From: an uncultured Candidatus Rokubacteria bacterium
GTDB taxonomy: Bacteria; Methylomirabilota; Methylomirabilia; Rokubacteriales; CSP1-6
Direction of reading: 5' to 3'
DNA: 64,000 nucleotides
Assembly: GCA_963747235.1 (NCBI GenBank)
Contig: CAVVEU010000033.1
Coordinates: 288,001 to 352,000, forward strand
The notes under the pieces: model-generated
Told to the model about the DNA's origin: nothing
Databases searched by the model: none
Seen by the model: only the letters and a program-made list of their open reading frames with translations
Translations under genes and position numbers: made by a program
Part shown: positions 1 through 10,082 of the stretch, one piece after another
How positions within the stretch are numbered: the first letter of the stretch is position 1
Layout: each line of letters opens with the position of its first letter

Positions 1-169
1 CCAGTAGCGGCAGCCCGAACCGCTGGGGCCACGGGCTCGGATAGGTCCACCGCTCCGCGAAGGACCAGACGCCGAGGCTCAGCAGCGGGCCCAGGATGAA
101 GAAGGCGGCCAGCGCGAGCGTGGCCGCGCGCACCGTCATGGCGCCGATGGACCGGGCGGGCTCGATCAC
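1..169 (-). CDS. ABC transporter permease (PotC-like), runs off window edge
   Basis: Manual minus-strand translation VIEPARSIGAMTVRAATLALAAFFILGPLLSLGVWSFAERWTYPSPWPQRFG; last gene of an ATPase-SBP-permease operon. Confidence 0.75.
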   Translation of the reverse strand, partial: MIEPARSIGAMTVRAATLALAAFFILGPLLSLGVWSFAERWTYPSPWPQRFGLPLL

Positions 170-174
170 GCGCG

Positions 175-937
175 CTACCGGGTCAGCCGGCGCACGTACA
201 CGAGCGCGGCGCCCATGGCCAGGAGGTAGGCCACCACGCCCAGCGCGGAGGCGGTGGCGAAGTCGCCGTGCTGGCCGTAGCGGTAGTAGACGTCGATCAT
301 CAGCATCTGGGGGCCGCCGCCGCGCCCCATCATGAGCGGGATCGAGAACGAGGCCAGCATCGAGGAGAAGATCAGGATGCCGGTCACCGCGAGGGCCGGC
401 GCGGCCATCGGCACCAGGATGTCGCGGGTGAGCCGGCCGGTGGAGGCGCCGAGCTGGCGCGCGGCCTCGAGGTAGCGAATCATCGGTGCCGCGGAAGGCG
501 CCCAGCAGCAGCAGGGCGGCGAGCCCGAGGTGCTTCCAGGCGAGCGCGGTGGCGATCCCCGCCCACGACGACGAGAACGACGGCACGTACGGGCTCCAGA
601 ACACGCGCAGCGCGTGGCCCACCACCACGAAGGGCACGAACAGCGGAACCTTCAGGAGGAACTCGACCGGCCCGAAGGCGCGCAGGCGGAGCCAGCCGCA
701 CACCGGGATCGCGAGCGCGAAGGTGAGCGCGGTCCCCGCCGCCGCGACCCCGACGGTGTAGGCCACGTCCCGCGCGTAGAGGCTGGCGACCGTCCCGTAG
801 TTCGCGAGCGTCCACTGCCCCTCGCGCGTGAAGCTCGCCACCACCGAGGCGCCGAGCGGCCAGAGGAAGACCGCCGCGAGCACCGCGAGGGCGGGGGCGC
901 AGAGCGCCCCCCACAGCAAGCGCTCGGCCAGGGTCAG
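175..937 (-). CDS. ABC transporter permease (PotB-like), frameshift near 480
   Basis: LTLAERLLWGALCAPALAVLAAVFLWPL...TLANY...PLFVPFVVVG, then EAA loop YLEAARQLGAS...ILVPMAAP in a second frame; CTG start overlaps the SBP stop, with GAGGAG 8 nt upstream. Confidence 0.8.
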
Positions 938-2064
938 CGGACGATCTCCTCGTACGCGAGGCTGATCAGGTCGTGGTACTCCTTGATCGGCATCTGGCGC
1001 GAGTAGCGCGCGAGATCCTGCGCGCTCACGCCCGCGAAGAGCAGCTCGCGGCTCTTGGCGTTGATGAGCGGCAGCACCTTCTCCGGGTCCACGCCCGGGT
1101 ACCAGCCGAACTGCTCGACGATCGCCTTGGCCTGCACCTCCGGCGTCGCGATGTAGTCGATGTAGCGCACCGCCGCCTCCCGGCTGGCCGCCTCGCGCGG
1201 CACCACCAGGTAGAGCGGATAGATCGGCAGCCCCGGGGCGGGCAGCACCGGCGTCACCGCCGGGTCCATGCGCCCCTCGTTCTTCCAGGCCACGAGCTGG
1301 TCGATCCACACCGCGCCCATCCAGATCTCGCCGCGGTTGAGCGCGTCCAGCGTGCCCGCGTTGCCGTTGGTGATCGTCGCCTGCTTGTTGAAGTCGCGCA
1401 GCGCGGTGATCGCCTCGCGGATCGCCGGCTCCTTGCTCTTGTCGAACGGCCCCTGGGTGAGCTCCTTGTAGAGCCCGGTCTTCCAGTAGACCCAGCCCAT
1501 GGTGAAGCCGACGCCGCTCACTCCGCCCTTGATCCCGTTGTAGCCGAAGCGACCGGGGTTGGCCTTCACCCACGCGGCCAGCTCGTCGAAGGACTTCGGC
1601 GGATTGGCCACCTTGGACGGCACGTAGGCGACCGCGATCTGGTTGTGGAACATCGGCACCACGTAGCCGTCCACGTTGACGCCGAAGGCCTCCTTCACCT
1701 CCGCGCCCTTCACGAGCGCCGCGTTCTTCATCTGCGGCACGAAGCGGTGGAGCAGCCCCTCCTTCACCATCTGCGAGGCCACCGCCATGCTCACGAGCGC
1801 CACGTCGAGGTCCCAGGGCTTGCGGCCGGTGTCGGCCTGGGCTTTGATCTTGGTGTAGATCGCGCGGCTGGCCGGCTCGCCGGTGCCGGTGCCGACCACG
1901 TTGATCTCCACGTCCGGGGCGGTGGCGCGGAAGCCGGGTCCGAGGAGGGTCTTGTGGACCTCGACCACGTTGACGTCGGCCCCGATGGCGACGTTGAGCC
2001 GGGTGGCCGCGGACGCGGGGACCACCAGGGCCAGCAGCACGGCGAGCACGGTTCGCAGCAGCAT
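934..2064 (-). CDS. ABC transporter extracellular solute-binding protein (PotD/YnjB-like)
   Basis: Signal peptide MLLRTVLAVLLALVVPASA; PPKSFDEL..W.KANPGRFGYN; lies between ATPase and permeases. Confidence 0.88.
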   Translation of the reverse strand: MLLRTVLAVLLALVVPASAATRLNVAIGADVNVVEVHKTLLGPGFRATAPDVEINVVGTGTGEPASRAIYTKIKAQADTGRKPWDLDVALVSMAVASQMVKEGLLHRFVPQMKNAALVKGAEVKEAFGVNVDGYVVPMFHNQIAVAYVPSKVANPPKSFDELAAWVKANPGRFGYNGIKGGVSGVGFTMGWVYWKTGLYKELTQGPFDKSKEPAIREAITALRDFNKQATITNGNAGTLDALNRGEIWMGAVWIDQLVAWKNEGRMDPAVTPVLPAPGLPIYPLYLVVPREAASREAAVRYIDYIATPEVQAKAIVEQFGWYPGVDPEKVLPLINAKSRELLFAGVSAQDLARYSRQMPIKEYHDLISLAYEEIVR

Positions 2065-2082
2065 CGTGGACTCTCCTCTCGT

Positions 2083-3115
2083 TCAGGCCGCCGGGTACAC
2101 GCGCACGCGATCCGGCGGAACGGTGATGGTGACGGGGCCGGGCGGCGCCGGAGCGGGCCCGTCCACCATGAGCACGGCCGCGCCCACCCGCACGTAGTGC
2201 CGGTAGTACGCGCCGAGAAACAGGCTTTCCTCCAGCGTGCCCGCGAGCGCGGGCGCCCCACCCGCCGCGCCGGCGAGGCCGAGATCGGACGAGCGCAGGA
2301 TCACCAGCACGGGCCCGCGCGCGGGGCCGCCATAGGGCAGGCGCTGGCCTTCGAGATGCAGCGCGCCCGACTCGGCGCGGGCCTCCAGCCGGTTGCCCAC
2401 GCCCAGGAAGTCGGCGACGAACTCGGTCGCGGGCTCGAGATAGACCTGCTCCGGCGTGCCCGCCTGCGCGACGCACCCCACGGTTCATCAGCACCACGTG
2501 ATCCGCGATGGCCAGCGCCTCTTCCTGATCGTGGGTGACGTAGATGGTGGTGATGCCCACGCGCCGCTGCAGGCGCCGCACCTCGACGCGCAGGCGCTGG
2601 CGGATCTTGGCGTCGAGATTCGAGAGCGGCTCGTCGAGCAGGAGCACGCGCGGCTCCACCACGATGGCCCGCGCGAGCGCCACCCGCTGCTGCTGGCCGC
2701 CCGACAGCGCGGCCGGCTTGCGGCGCGCGGTCGCCTCCACGTCGCCGATCTCCACGAGGGCGAGCGCCTCGCGCACCCGGCGCGTGATCTCCGCCGCGGG
2801 CACCCGCTTGAGGCGCAGGCCGTACGCGACGTTGTCGAACACGGTCATGTGCGGCCAGAGCGCGTAGCTCTGGAAGACCATCGCGGTCCCGCGCTGCTGC
2901 GGCGGCAGTGCGGTGACGTCGGCGCCGTCGAAGCGGATGGCCCCCGCGTCCACCGACACGAAGCCCGCGATCGAGCGGAGCAGCGTGGTCTTGCCGCAGC
3001 CGGAGGGCCCGAGGATCGCGGTCAGGCGACCGGAATCGAAGTCGAGCGAGACGGAACGGAGCGCCTCGACTGCACCGTAGCGCTTGGAGACGGCCGAGAC
3101 GCTGACGCGAACCAC
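2083..3115 (-). CDS. ABC transporter ATP-binding protein (PotA/MalK-like, TOBE domain), frameshift near 2480
   Basis: Walker A GPSGCGKTT, FQSYALWPHMTV, LSGGQQQRVALARA, LLDEPLSNLDA, YVTHDQEEAL; C-terminal QAGTPEQVYLEPATEFVADFLG. Confidence 0.9.
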
Positions 3116-3121
3116 GCGGGG

Positions 3122-3151
3122 AGGCTAGCACGCGCCCGCGCGAGGGGTCAA
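3122..3151 (-). promoter_or_regulatory. sigma70-type promoter, probably leaderless transcript
   Basis: TTGACC-18 nt-TAGCCT with extended TG; the -10 ends 6 nt before the GTG start at 3115. Confidence 0.55.
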
Positions 3152-3182
3152 CGACGCGCGGGTTACGACGCGGACGCGCCGG

Positions 3183-3704
3183 CTACGCGAGCCAGCCGCG
3201 GTGGCCGCGGCCCGCCCGTCGCGCCGCGCGCAGGGCGCGCGCCACCGCGTCCTCGGGCGTGCGCGCGGTGAGCAGCGGCACCCGGCGGCCGTCGGGCTGG
3301 GCGAGGCGCCACGTGCCGAGGCCCACCACCGGGCGGCCGAGCTTGAGCGCGAGCGCGATCTCGGAGAGCGTGCCGTAGCGGCCGCCGATCGCGATGACCG
3401 CGTCGCTCGAGCGCACCAGGATCACGTTGCGCGCCTGGTCCATGCCGGTGACGATCGGGATCCCGACCCAGCGATTGGCGTCGCGCGCCTCGAAGCCGGG
3501 CAGGAGCCCGACCACGGTGCCGCCGGCCCGCGTCGCGCCACGCGAGGCCGCCTCCATCACGCCGCCGAGGCCACCGCACAGCAGCACCGCGCCCGCCTCC
3601 GCGATGGCGCGGCCGACCCGCTCGGCGAGGGCGGCCACCCGGCGCGAGCAGACCCCCTCGCCGATCACGCCCACGTGGAGGCCGGCGCGCGCCGGCCTCG
3701 TCAG
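3183..3704 (-). CDS. TIGR00725/LOG-family Rossmann-fold nucleotide-binding protein
   Basis: VGVIGEG...LLCGGLGGVMEAASRGA...VVGLLPG...TGMDQARNVILVRSSDAVIAIGGRYGTLSEIALA. Confidence 0.88.
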   Translation of the reverse strand: MTRPARAGLHVGVIGEGVCSRRVAALAERVGRAIAEAGAVLLCGGLGGVMEAASRGATRAGGTVVGLLPGFEARDANRWVGIPIVTGMDQARNVILVRSSDAVIAIGGRYGTLSEIALALKLGRPVVGLGTWRLAQPDGRRVPLLTARTPEDAVARALRAARRAGRGHRGWLA

Positions 3705-4789
3705 GCCTCGACCCGCTGCCAGCCGCCCTCCGTGAGCGAGCGCAGCACCGCGTCCAGCACGAGCTGGGCGGCGACGCCGTCCTCGAGCGTGGGCGACGGG
3801 CTCTCGCCCTTCTTGATGCCCTCGAGGAAGCGCTTCACCAGCGGCGCGATGGTGGCTTTCCCGGTGACCTCCATCTGGTCGCCTTCGCCGGCCGAGCGCG
3901 GCAGTCCCGCGGTGATCGGAACCGGCTGCAGCGTGCCGCTCGCCCCGGCCGCGCGCAGCTCGCCCACGTACCACTTGGGCTTCTCGCGGTCGAGCCGGTA
4001 GACGAGCGAGCCCTGGCTGCCGTAGGCCTCCAGGAACGACTCGTTCGCCCCGCGGGCGGCGCGGCTCACCGAGAACGTCACCTGCCCGCCGGAGACCAGC
4101 TCGCCCATCACGCTGCAGAAGTCCTCCGCGTCGGTCGGCTTGCCGCCGGGCGCGTTGCGGGTCGGATAGGCCACGCCGGCCTGCGCGGTCACCCGCGCGA
4201 ACTCGCCGAAGTGCCAGCGTATGAGGTCGATCACGTGCACGCCCATGTCGCCCATGGCGCCGTGGCCGGCCTGGGCGCGGTCCATCCGCCACGTCACCGG
4301 CGCGGACTCGTCGGCCCAGCGCGCCCCGAGCCAGCGGCCCCCCGCGTGGAAAAGCCGGCCGACCGCCCCCGCTTCCACCAGCGAGTGGAAGCGCTGCATG
4401 GCCGGGATGAAGCGCCAGTTGAACGAGGTCATGGCCACGCGCTGCGCGCGGCGGGCCGCCTCGACCATGTCGCGACCCTCGGCCGCGGTCATTGCGAGCG
4501 GCTTCTCGCAGAGGACGTGCGCGCCCTGCTCGAACGCGCGCAGCGCGATCTCGCGGTGCAGGTTGGGCGGCGACGCGATCACCACGATGTCCGGCTTGGC
4601 CTCCTCGAGCATCCGCTCCCATCGCTCGAAGACGCCGGGGACGTTGTAGCGCTCGGCGATCGACCGGGCGGTCTCCTGGTTCCGCTGGCAGACCGCCACC
4701 ACCTCGCAGCCGTTGGCCTGAAACGCCGGAATGTGGGCGCGGCCGAAGCCGAGCCCGACGATGCCCACGCGATGCTTCTTCCGAGCCAT
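3701..4789 (-). CDS. Gfo/Idh/MocA family oxidoreductase
   Basis: GIVGLGFG, HVLCEKPLA, GAMGDMGVHVID motifs. Confidence 0.92.
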   Translation of the reverse strand: MARKKHRVGIVGLGFGRAHIPAFQANGCEVVAVCQRNQETARSIAERYNVPGVFERWERMLEEAKPDIVVIASPPNLHREIALRAFEQGAHVLCEKPLAMTAAEGRDMVEAARRAQRVAMTSFNWRFIPAMQRFHSLVEAGAVGRLFHAGGRWLGARWADESAPVTWRMDRAQAGHGAMGDMGVHVIDLIRWHFGEFARVTAQAGVAYPTRNAPGGKPTDAEDFCSVMGELVSGGQVTFSVSRAARGANESFLEAYGSQGSLVYRLDREKPKWYVGELRAAGASGTLQPVPITAGLPRSAGEGDQMEVTGKATIAPLVKRFLEGIKKGESPSPTLEDGVAAQLVLDAVLRSLTEGGWQRVEA

Positions 4790-4881
4790 GCGTCGTCGGT
4801 CCTTTCGTCCGCGGATTTCCCTTCCCCCGCGGATTGGGTTACAGTCGGCCCCATCCTAACCGCAGCCCAGAGGAGGCCTCA

Positions 4882-6521
4882 ATGAAGGCGGTCACCGCAG
4901 TTGCCGAGATCCTGAAGCGCGAAGGTACCACTTTTCTGATCGGCTATCCGGTGAACCCGATCATCGAGGCGGCCGCCCAGGCCGACATCCGCACCATCAT
5001 CGTGCGCCAGGAGCGGACCGGGCTGCACATGGCGGACGCGGTGAGCCGCATCACCTCCGGCCAGAAGATCGGCGTGTTCACCATGCAGCACGGGCCCGGA
5101 TCGGAGAACGCCTTCGGCGGCGTGGCCCAGGCCTACGGCGACTCGGTGCCGATCGTGGTGCTGCCCGGCGGCTACCCGCGCCGCATCACCAATATCCCGC
5201 CCAACTTCAACTCGTTCATCAACTACCGCAACGTGACCAAGTGGTGCGAGCAGGTCATCATGGCCGACGCGGTGCCCGACGCGATGCGCCGGGCCTTCAC
5301 CCAGGTGAAGAACGGCCGCCCGCGGCCGGTCCTGGTGGAGATTCCCGTCGACGTCTACCAGGAGGAAGTGCCCGAGCCGCTCAACTACAAGGTCACCCCG
5401 CGCACGCGGGTCGCCCCGGATCCGGACGCGGTCACCGAGGCCGCGCGCATGCTGGTGGAGGCGGAGCGGCCGGTGATCTACGCGGGCCAGGGCGTGCACT
5501 ACGCGCGCGCGTGGCAGCAGCTCCGCGAGCTGGCCGAGCTGCTCGAGGCGCCGGTCACCACGAGCCTCGAGGGCAAGAGCGCGTTCCCGGAGAACCACCC
5601 GCTGTCGCTCGGCTCGGGCGGCCGCTCGATCCCGAAGACGGTGCACGAGTTCCTCAAGAACTCCGACGTGATCTTCGGCATCGGCTGCAGCTTCTCGACC
5701 ACGAACTACGGCGTCACGATGCCGAAGGGCAAGACCATCATCCATTCGACCATCGACGTGGCCGACCTCAACAAGGACATCGTGGCCGAGCACGCGGTGA
5801 TCGGCGACGCGGGCCTCGTGCTGGAGGCGCTGCTCGCCGAGGTGCGCGACCGCCTGAAGGGCAAGCCGCGCGGCCGCGAGGCCGAGGTCACCAAGCAGAT
5901 CGCCACCATGAAGGGCGAGTGGCTCGCCCAGTGGATGCCCAAGCTGACCGCCAACGACAAGCCGCTCTCGCCCTACCGCGTGATCTGGGACCTGCTCCAC
6001 ACGGTGGACGTGGCCAACACCATCATCACCCACGACGCGGGCAGCCCGCGGGACCAGCTCTCGCCCTTCTGGGAGAGCACGCATCCCGCTCACCTACATC
6101 GGCTGGGGCAAGACCACCCAGCTCGGCTACGGCCTGGGCCTGGCGATGGGGGCCAAGCTCGCCAAGCCGGAGTCCCTCTGCATCAACGTGTGGGGCGACG
6201 CGGCCATCGGCTTCACCGGCATGGACTTCGAGACCGCGGTGCGCGAGCGCATCCCGATCCTGTCGATCCTGCTCAACAACTTCTCGATGGCCATCGAGCT
6301 GCCGATCATGAAGACGGCCACCGAGAAGTACCGCTCCACCGACATCAGCGGCCACTACGCGGACATGGCGAAGGCCTTCGGCGGCTACGGCGAGCGCATC
6401 ACCGAGCCCGGGCGAGATCATCCCCGCGCTCAAGCGCGGCATCGCCAAGACCCGCGACGGCGTCCCGGTCCTCCTCGAGTTCATCACCGAGAAAGAGATC
6501 AACTTCTCGATCTTCAAGTAG
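4882..6521 (+). CDS. thiamine-pyrophosphate-requiring enzyme (acetolactate synthase-like), frameshifts near 6085 and 6415
   Basis: RBS GGAGG; VRQERTG..MADA, HGPG, RPVIYAGQG, ThDP-binding WGDAAIGFTGMDFET...LLNN. Confidence 0.9.
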
Positions 6522-6543
6522 CCGGCTCCTCCCCTTCCCTCCA

Positions 6544-6578
6544 CCCTCTCCCCTCCGGGGAGAGGGCAGGGTGAGGGG
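6544..6578 (+). repeat. boxC/REP-like palindromic intergenic repeat, copy 1
   Basis: CCCTCTCCCCTCCGGGGAGAGGGCAGGGTGAGGGG; identical 35-mer on the minus strand at 27773-27807. Confidence 0.8.
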
Positions 6579-6605
6579 GTGCTCGACAACCATGGCCGCC
6601 AACGC

Positions 6606-7120
6606 ATGACCGCCCTCACCTATCGCTCCCCGAAGACGGACGTGCGCCCGAGCCCGATCCACGGCAAGGGCCTGTTCGCGAGCCGCCCCATCGCGAGGGG
6701 CGAGATCGTCGCGGTCAAGGGCGGCCACGTCCTGACCGCGCCCGCAGTGGGCCGCGCTCGAGCCGGCGCTGGGCCCGGCCGACATCCAGATCGCCGAGGA
6801 CCTGTTCATCGCCCCCGTGACCCAGGCCGAGCGCGACGGCAACATGCTCTACACCAACCACTCCTGCGACCCCAACCTCGCCCTCCAGGGCCAGATCGTG
6901 CTGCTCGCGATGCGGGACGTCGCGCCCGACGAGGAGCTCACCATCGACTGGGCGACCACCGACGACGGCGACCACCAGATGGCGTGCCGCTGCGGGAGCG
7001 CCCGCTGCCGGGGCACCATCACCGGCAAGGACTGGATGAAGCCGGAGCTACAGGAGCGGTATCGCGGGCTGGTTCTGCTGGTTCCTCCAGCGGAAGATCG
7101 ACGCGGCGTCAACGCGATGA
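6606..7120 (+). CDS. SET-domain protein (putative protein-lysine methyltransferase) with post-SET, frameshifts near 6745 and 7068
   Basis: SPIHGKGLFA, NHSCDPN, EELTIDW, post-SET CRCGSARCRG; corrected end WFCWFLQRKIDAASTR* overlaps the next start (ATGA). Confidence 0.85.
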
Positions 7121-9090
7121 GCCGGCATCTCACGGCCCGGGCCGCGCTCGGCATCCTCGTGCTGCTGGCCGTCGGCTGTCTCCCTGCCGTTCGTCGGGAG
7201 CCGGAGGTCCGCGGAGACTGGCCCGCCTACGGCAACGACGCGGGGGGCAGCCGCTATTCACCCCTGGCCCAGATCGACCGGGGGAACGTCGGGCAGCTCG
7301 GGGTGGCCTGGACGTATCGCACCGGCGAGGCCGACGACACGAGCCCGGCGCGGCGGCGCTCCGCCTTCGAGGCCACGCCCATCGTGGTGGACGGCACGCT
7401 CTTTCTCAGCACGCCCTTCAACCGCGTGATCGCCCTCGATCCCGAAACCGGCCGGGAGCGCTGGGTCTACGACCCGCGCGTCGACCGGACCCGGTTCTTC
7501 GCGCTCGTCACCTCGCGCGGCGTCTCCACCTGGCTGGACACGAGCCGCCCGGCCGGCCAGGCATGTCGCCGGCGCATCTTCGTCGCCACGATCGATGCCC
7601 GCCTGATCGCGCTCGACGCCGAACACGGCGCCCCCTGTGGCGACTTCGGCCGGGATGGGACGGTCGAGCTCAAGGAGGGAATCGCGCCCGATCCGTATCT
7701 CCGGTGCTGCTATCAGGTGACCTCGCCGCCCGCCGTCATCGGCTCGCTCATCGTGGTCGGCTCGACGATCGGCGACAACATCACCACCGGGATAGCACGG
7801 GGCATCGTCCGCGCGTACGACGCGCGCACCGGAGCGCTCCGATGGACCTGGGATCCGATCCCGGCGGACGCCACCGATCCGGCGGCCGCCACCTGGGGTG
7901 CCGAGAGCTGGCGTCGCACCGGCGCGGCCAACGCCTGGGCGCCGATCTCCGCCGACCCGGAGCGTGGCCTCGTCTTCGTGCCGACCAGCAGCCCGAGCCC
8001 GGACCACTACGGCGGGGAGCGGCTCGGCGCGAATCTCTACGCGAACTCGGTGGTGGCGCTGCGCGCCGAGACCGGGAAGGTCGTCTGGCACTTCCAGGTC
8101 GTCCACCACGATCTCTGGGACTATGACGTCCCGGCCCAGCCGACCCTGCTGACCTTCACCCGGAATGGCGCCGGCATCCCGGCGGTGGCGGTCGCGACCA
8201 AGATGGGCCATCTGTTCGTGCTCGATCGCCGGACGGGCACGCCGCTCTTGCCCGTCGAGGAGCGGCCCGTCCCGAGGAGCACGGTGCCCGGGGAAGAGGC
8301 CGCCCCGACCCAGCCGTTCCCCGTTCGTCCGGGCCCCCTCATGCCGCAGCGCCTGACCCCGGACGACGCGTGGGGCGGGACGCCGGGCGACCGCGCTGCG
8401 TGTCGCGACCGCATCGCCAAGCTTCGCTCGGAAGGCATCTTCACGCCTCCGAGCCTGGAGGGCAGCGTCGTCTTTCCCGGACTCGGCGGCGGCATGCACT
8501 GGGGCGGCCTGTCCCACGATCCGATCCGCGGCCTGATCATCGTCAACACGACGCGGCTGGCGTTCATGGTCCAGCTCATCCCCCGCGCCGAGTACGCCGC
8601 GGCCCGGAACGCCGCGGGCGTGATGGGACGAAGGGGAGAGTTCGCGCCCCAGCTCGGCACGCCCTACGGGATGTACCGCGAGCTCCTGCTGTCGCCCTCC
8701 GGGCCATGCAACCCGCCGCCCTGGGGCGCCCTGGCCGCGGTGGACCTCGCCAGCGGCGGGGTCCGCTGGGAGGTGCCGCTCGGCACCATCCCCCAGATGG
8801 CGGCCATCGCCGAGTCGGCGTCCTGGGGATCGCCGAACTTCGGCGGCGCGGTGACCACGGCGGGGGGCCTCGTGTTCATCGCGGCGGCGCTGGACCCCCG
8901 GATCCGCGCCTTCGACGTGGAGACCGGCAAGGAGCTGTGGAGCGCCGCGCTGCCCGCCGGCGGTCAGGCCACCCCGATGACCTTTCAGCTCGGCCCGGGC
9001 CGGAAGCAGTTCGTCGTCATCGCCGCCGGAGGCCACGCGTCGATGCGCACGCCGATGGGCGACTCGGTCGTCGCGTTCGCCTTGCCATGA
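7117..9090 (+). CDS. PQQ-dependent dehydrogenase (glucose/quinate/shikimate-DH-like), predicted lipoprotein
   Basis: Lipobox LLAVGC; DWPAYG..GGSRYSPL.QI; FEATP; tryptophan-docking repeats; HHDLWDYDVPAQP; GGQATPMTF; YV/FVVIAAGGH. Confidence 0.92.
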   Translation: MSRHLTARAALGILVLLAVGCLPAVRREPEVRGDWPAYGNDAGGSRYSPLAQIDRGNVGQLGVAWTYRTGEADDTSPARRRSAFEATPIVVDGTLFLSTPFNRVIALDPETGRERWVYDPRVDRTRFFALVTSRGVSTWLDTSRPAGQACRRRIFVATIDARLIALDAEHGAPCGDFGRDGTVELKEGIAPDPYLRCCYQVTSPPAVIGSLIVVGSTIGDNITTGIARGIVRAYDARTGALRWTWDPIPADATDPAAATWGAESWRRTGAANAWAPISADPERGLVFVPTSSPSPDHYGGERLGANLYANSVVALRAETGKVVWHFQVVHHDLWDYDVPAQPTLLTFTRNGAGIPAVAVATKMGHLFVLDRRTGTPLLPVEERPVPRSTVPGEEAAPTQPFPVRPGPLMPQRLTPDDAWGGTPGDRAACRDRIAKLRSEGIFTPPSLEGSVVFPGLGGGMHWGGLSHDPIRGLIIVNTTRLAFMVQLIPRAEYAAARNAAGVMGRRGEFAPQLGTPYGMYRELLLSPSGPCNPPPWGALAAVDLASGGVRWEVPLGTIPQMAAIAESASWGSPNFGGAVTTAGGLVFIAAALDPRIRAFDVETGKELWSAALPAGGQATPMTFQLGPGRKQFVVIAAGGHASMRTPMGDSVVAFALP

Positions 9091-9566
9091 AAGCCTCCAC
9101 CATCGTGGCGACGGTGGTCGGGATCGCCGTCGGCGTGTACTCCGGCATGCATCTCCTCATCCCCCTGGCCCTCACCGGCCTGGCCTGGTGGGCGGGGCGG
9201 AAGCTCTTCCCGGAGCGCTCACGCGGCTACGTGGCCGCCGCCGCGGTGCAGGCCGGTCACCTGCTGTGGATCGCGGTCGGCCTGATCGTCATCGGCGCGC
9301 TGACCGTGGATCTCGTGGACATCGCGATCCTGCTCGTCGGCGTCGCCTGGCTGCTCCTGCGGCCGGGCCTGGCGCCGGTCATCGTGCTCACGATCTACCA
9401 GGCGCTGGCGCTGCTCATCAACCTGTTCGCCTTCCTCAGCTTCCCGATCGGCCACAACCTGCACCGGGCCCTGCTCGTGCACATCATCTGGCGCGGCCTG
9501 GCATTGATCCTGATGTGGCGCGCCCACCACAAGGCCGCCGGGCTCCACGAGTCCGCCGCGTATTGA
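9087..9566 (+). CDS. hypothetical integral membrane protein
   Basis: MKASTIVATVVG..., about five hydrophobic segments; ATGA overlap with the PQQ gene. Confidence 0.75.
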   Translation: MKASTIVATVVGIAVGVYSGMHLLIPLALTGLAWWAGRKLFPERSRGYVAAAAVQAGHLLWIAVGLIVIGALTVDLVDIAILLVGVAWLLLRPGLAPVIVLTIYQALALLINLFAFLSFPIGHNLHRALLVHIIWRGLALILMWRAHHKAAGLHESAAY

Positions 9567-9601
9567 CAGCCGCCCGCGCCGTGTGGTCTGGTGAAGCGCC
9601 C

Positions 9602-10082
9602 ATGGGCGCCCCAGGTTTTCCGATCGAGTCCATCTCGCGCGGCGCAGCGTTGAGCCGGGCGGTTCTCTTCGCGATCCTCGCCGGCGTGTCGGCCGCCACC
9701 TGGACGATCTGCCTGAAGCTGGCCTCCACGAAGATCACCCCGGCGCTGGGCGCGCTGGTCATCACCACCGGCGCCCTCGTGGTCAACGCCGTCGTCATCC
9801 TGGCCACGCGGGCCACACGGACACGAGATCGTCTGGAGCCGCGAGGCGCTGTGGCTCATGGTCCTGGCCGGCGTCGCCGCGGCCGGGGTGGACATCTTCG
9901 GGCTCCTCGCCTACGACCGGGGCCTGAAGGTGACGTCGTCGTTCTTCATCGGCGGCACCTCCACCGTGCTCGTCCTGCTCGCCGGCTTCCTGCTGTTCCA
10001 GGAGCCGTTCACGTGGATCCGTCTGGTGGCGATCGCCATGATCGTGGGTGGCTCGCTGCTGCTGCAGGCGCAGGGCGGATGA
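9602..10082 (+). CDS. small EamA/DMT-superfamily membrane protein, frameshift near 9815
   Basis: AVLFAILAGVSAATWTICLKLAS...; LAGFLLFQEPFTWIRLVAIAMIVGG (typical DMT terminus); start could instead be TTG 9650. Confidence 0.75.

Noticed and set aside
8100-8140. WDYD motif suggesting a lanthanide-dependent PQQ enzyme
   Set aside because: The D-x-D is also present in ordinary glucose-DH-type HHDLWDxD motifs, so it is not diagnostic in this clade
6817-9090. Apparent SET-PQQ dehydrogenase fusion (757 aa ORF)
   Set aside because: One extra base near 7068 explains it: the corrected SET ends at TGA 7120 overlapping ATG 7117, and the PQQ protein has its own signal peptide
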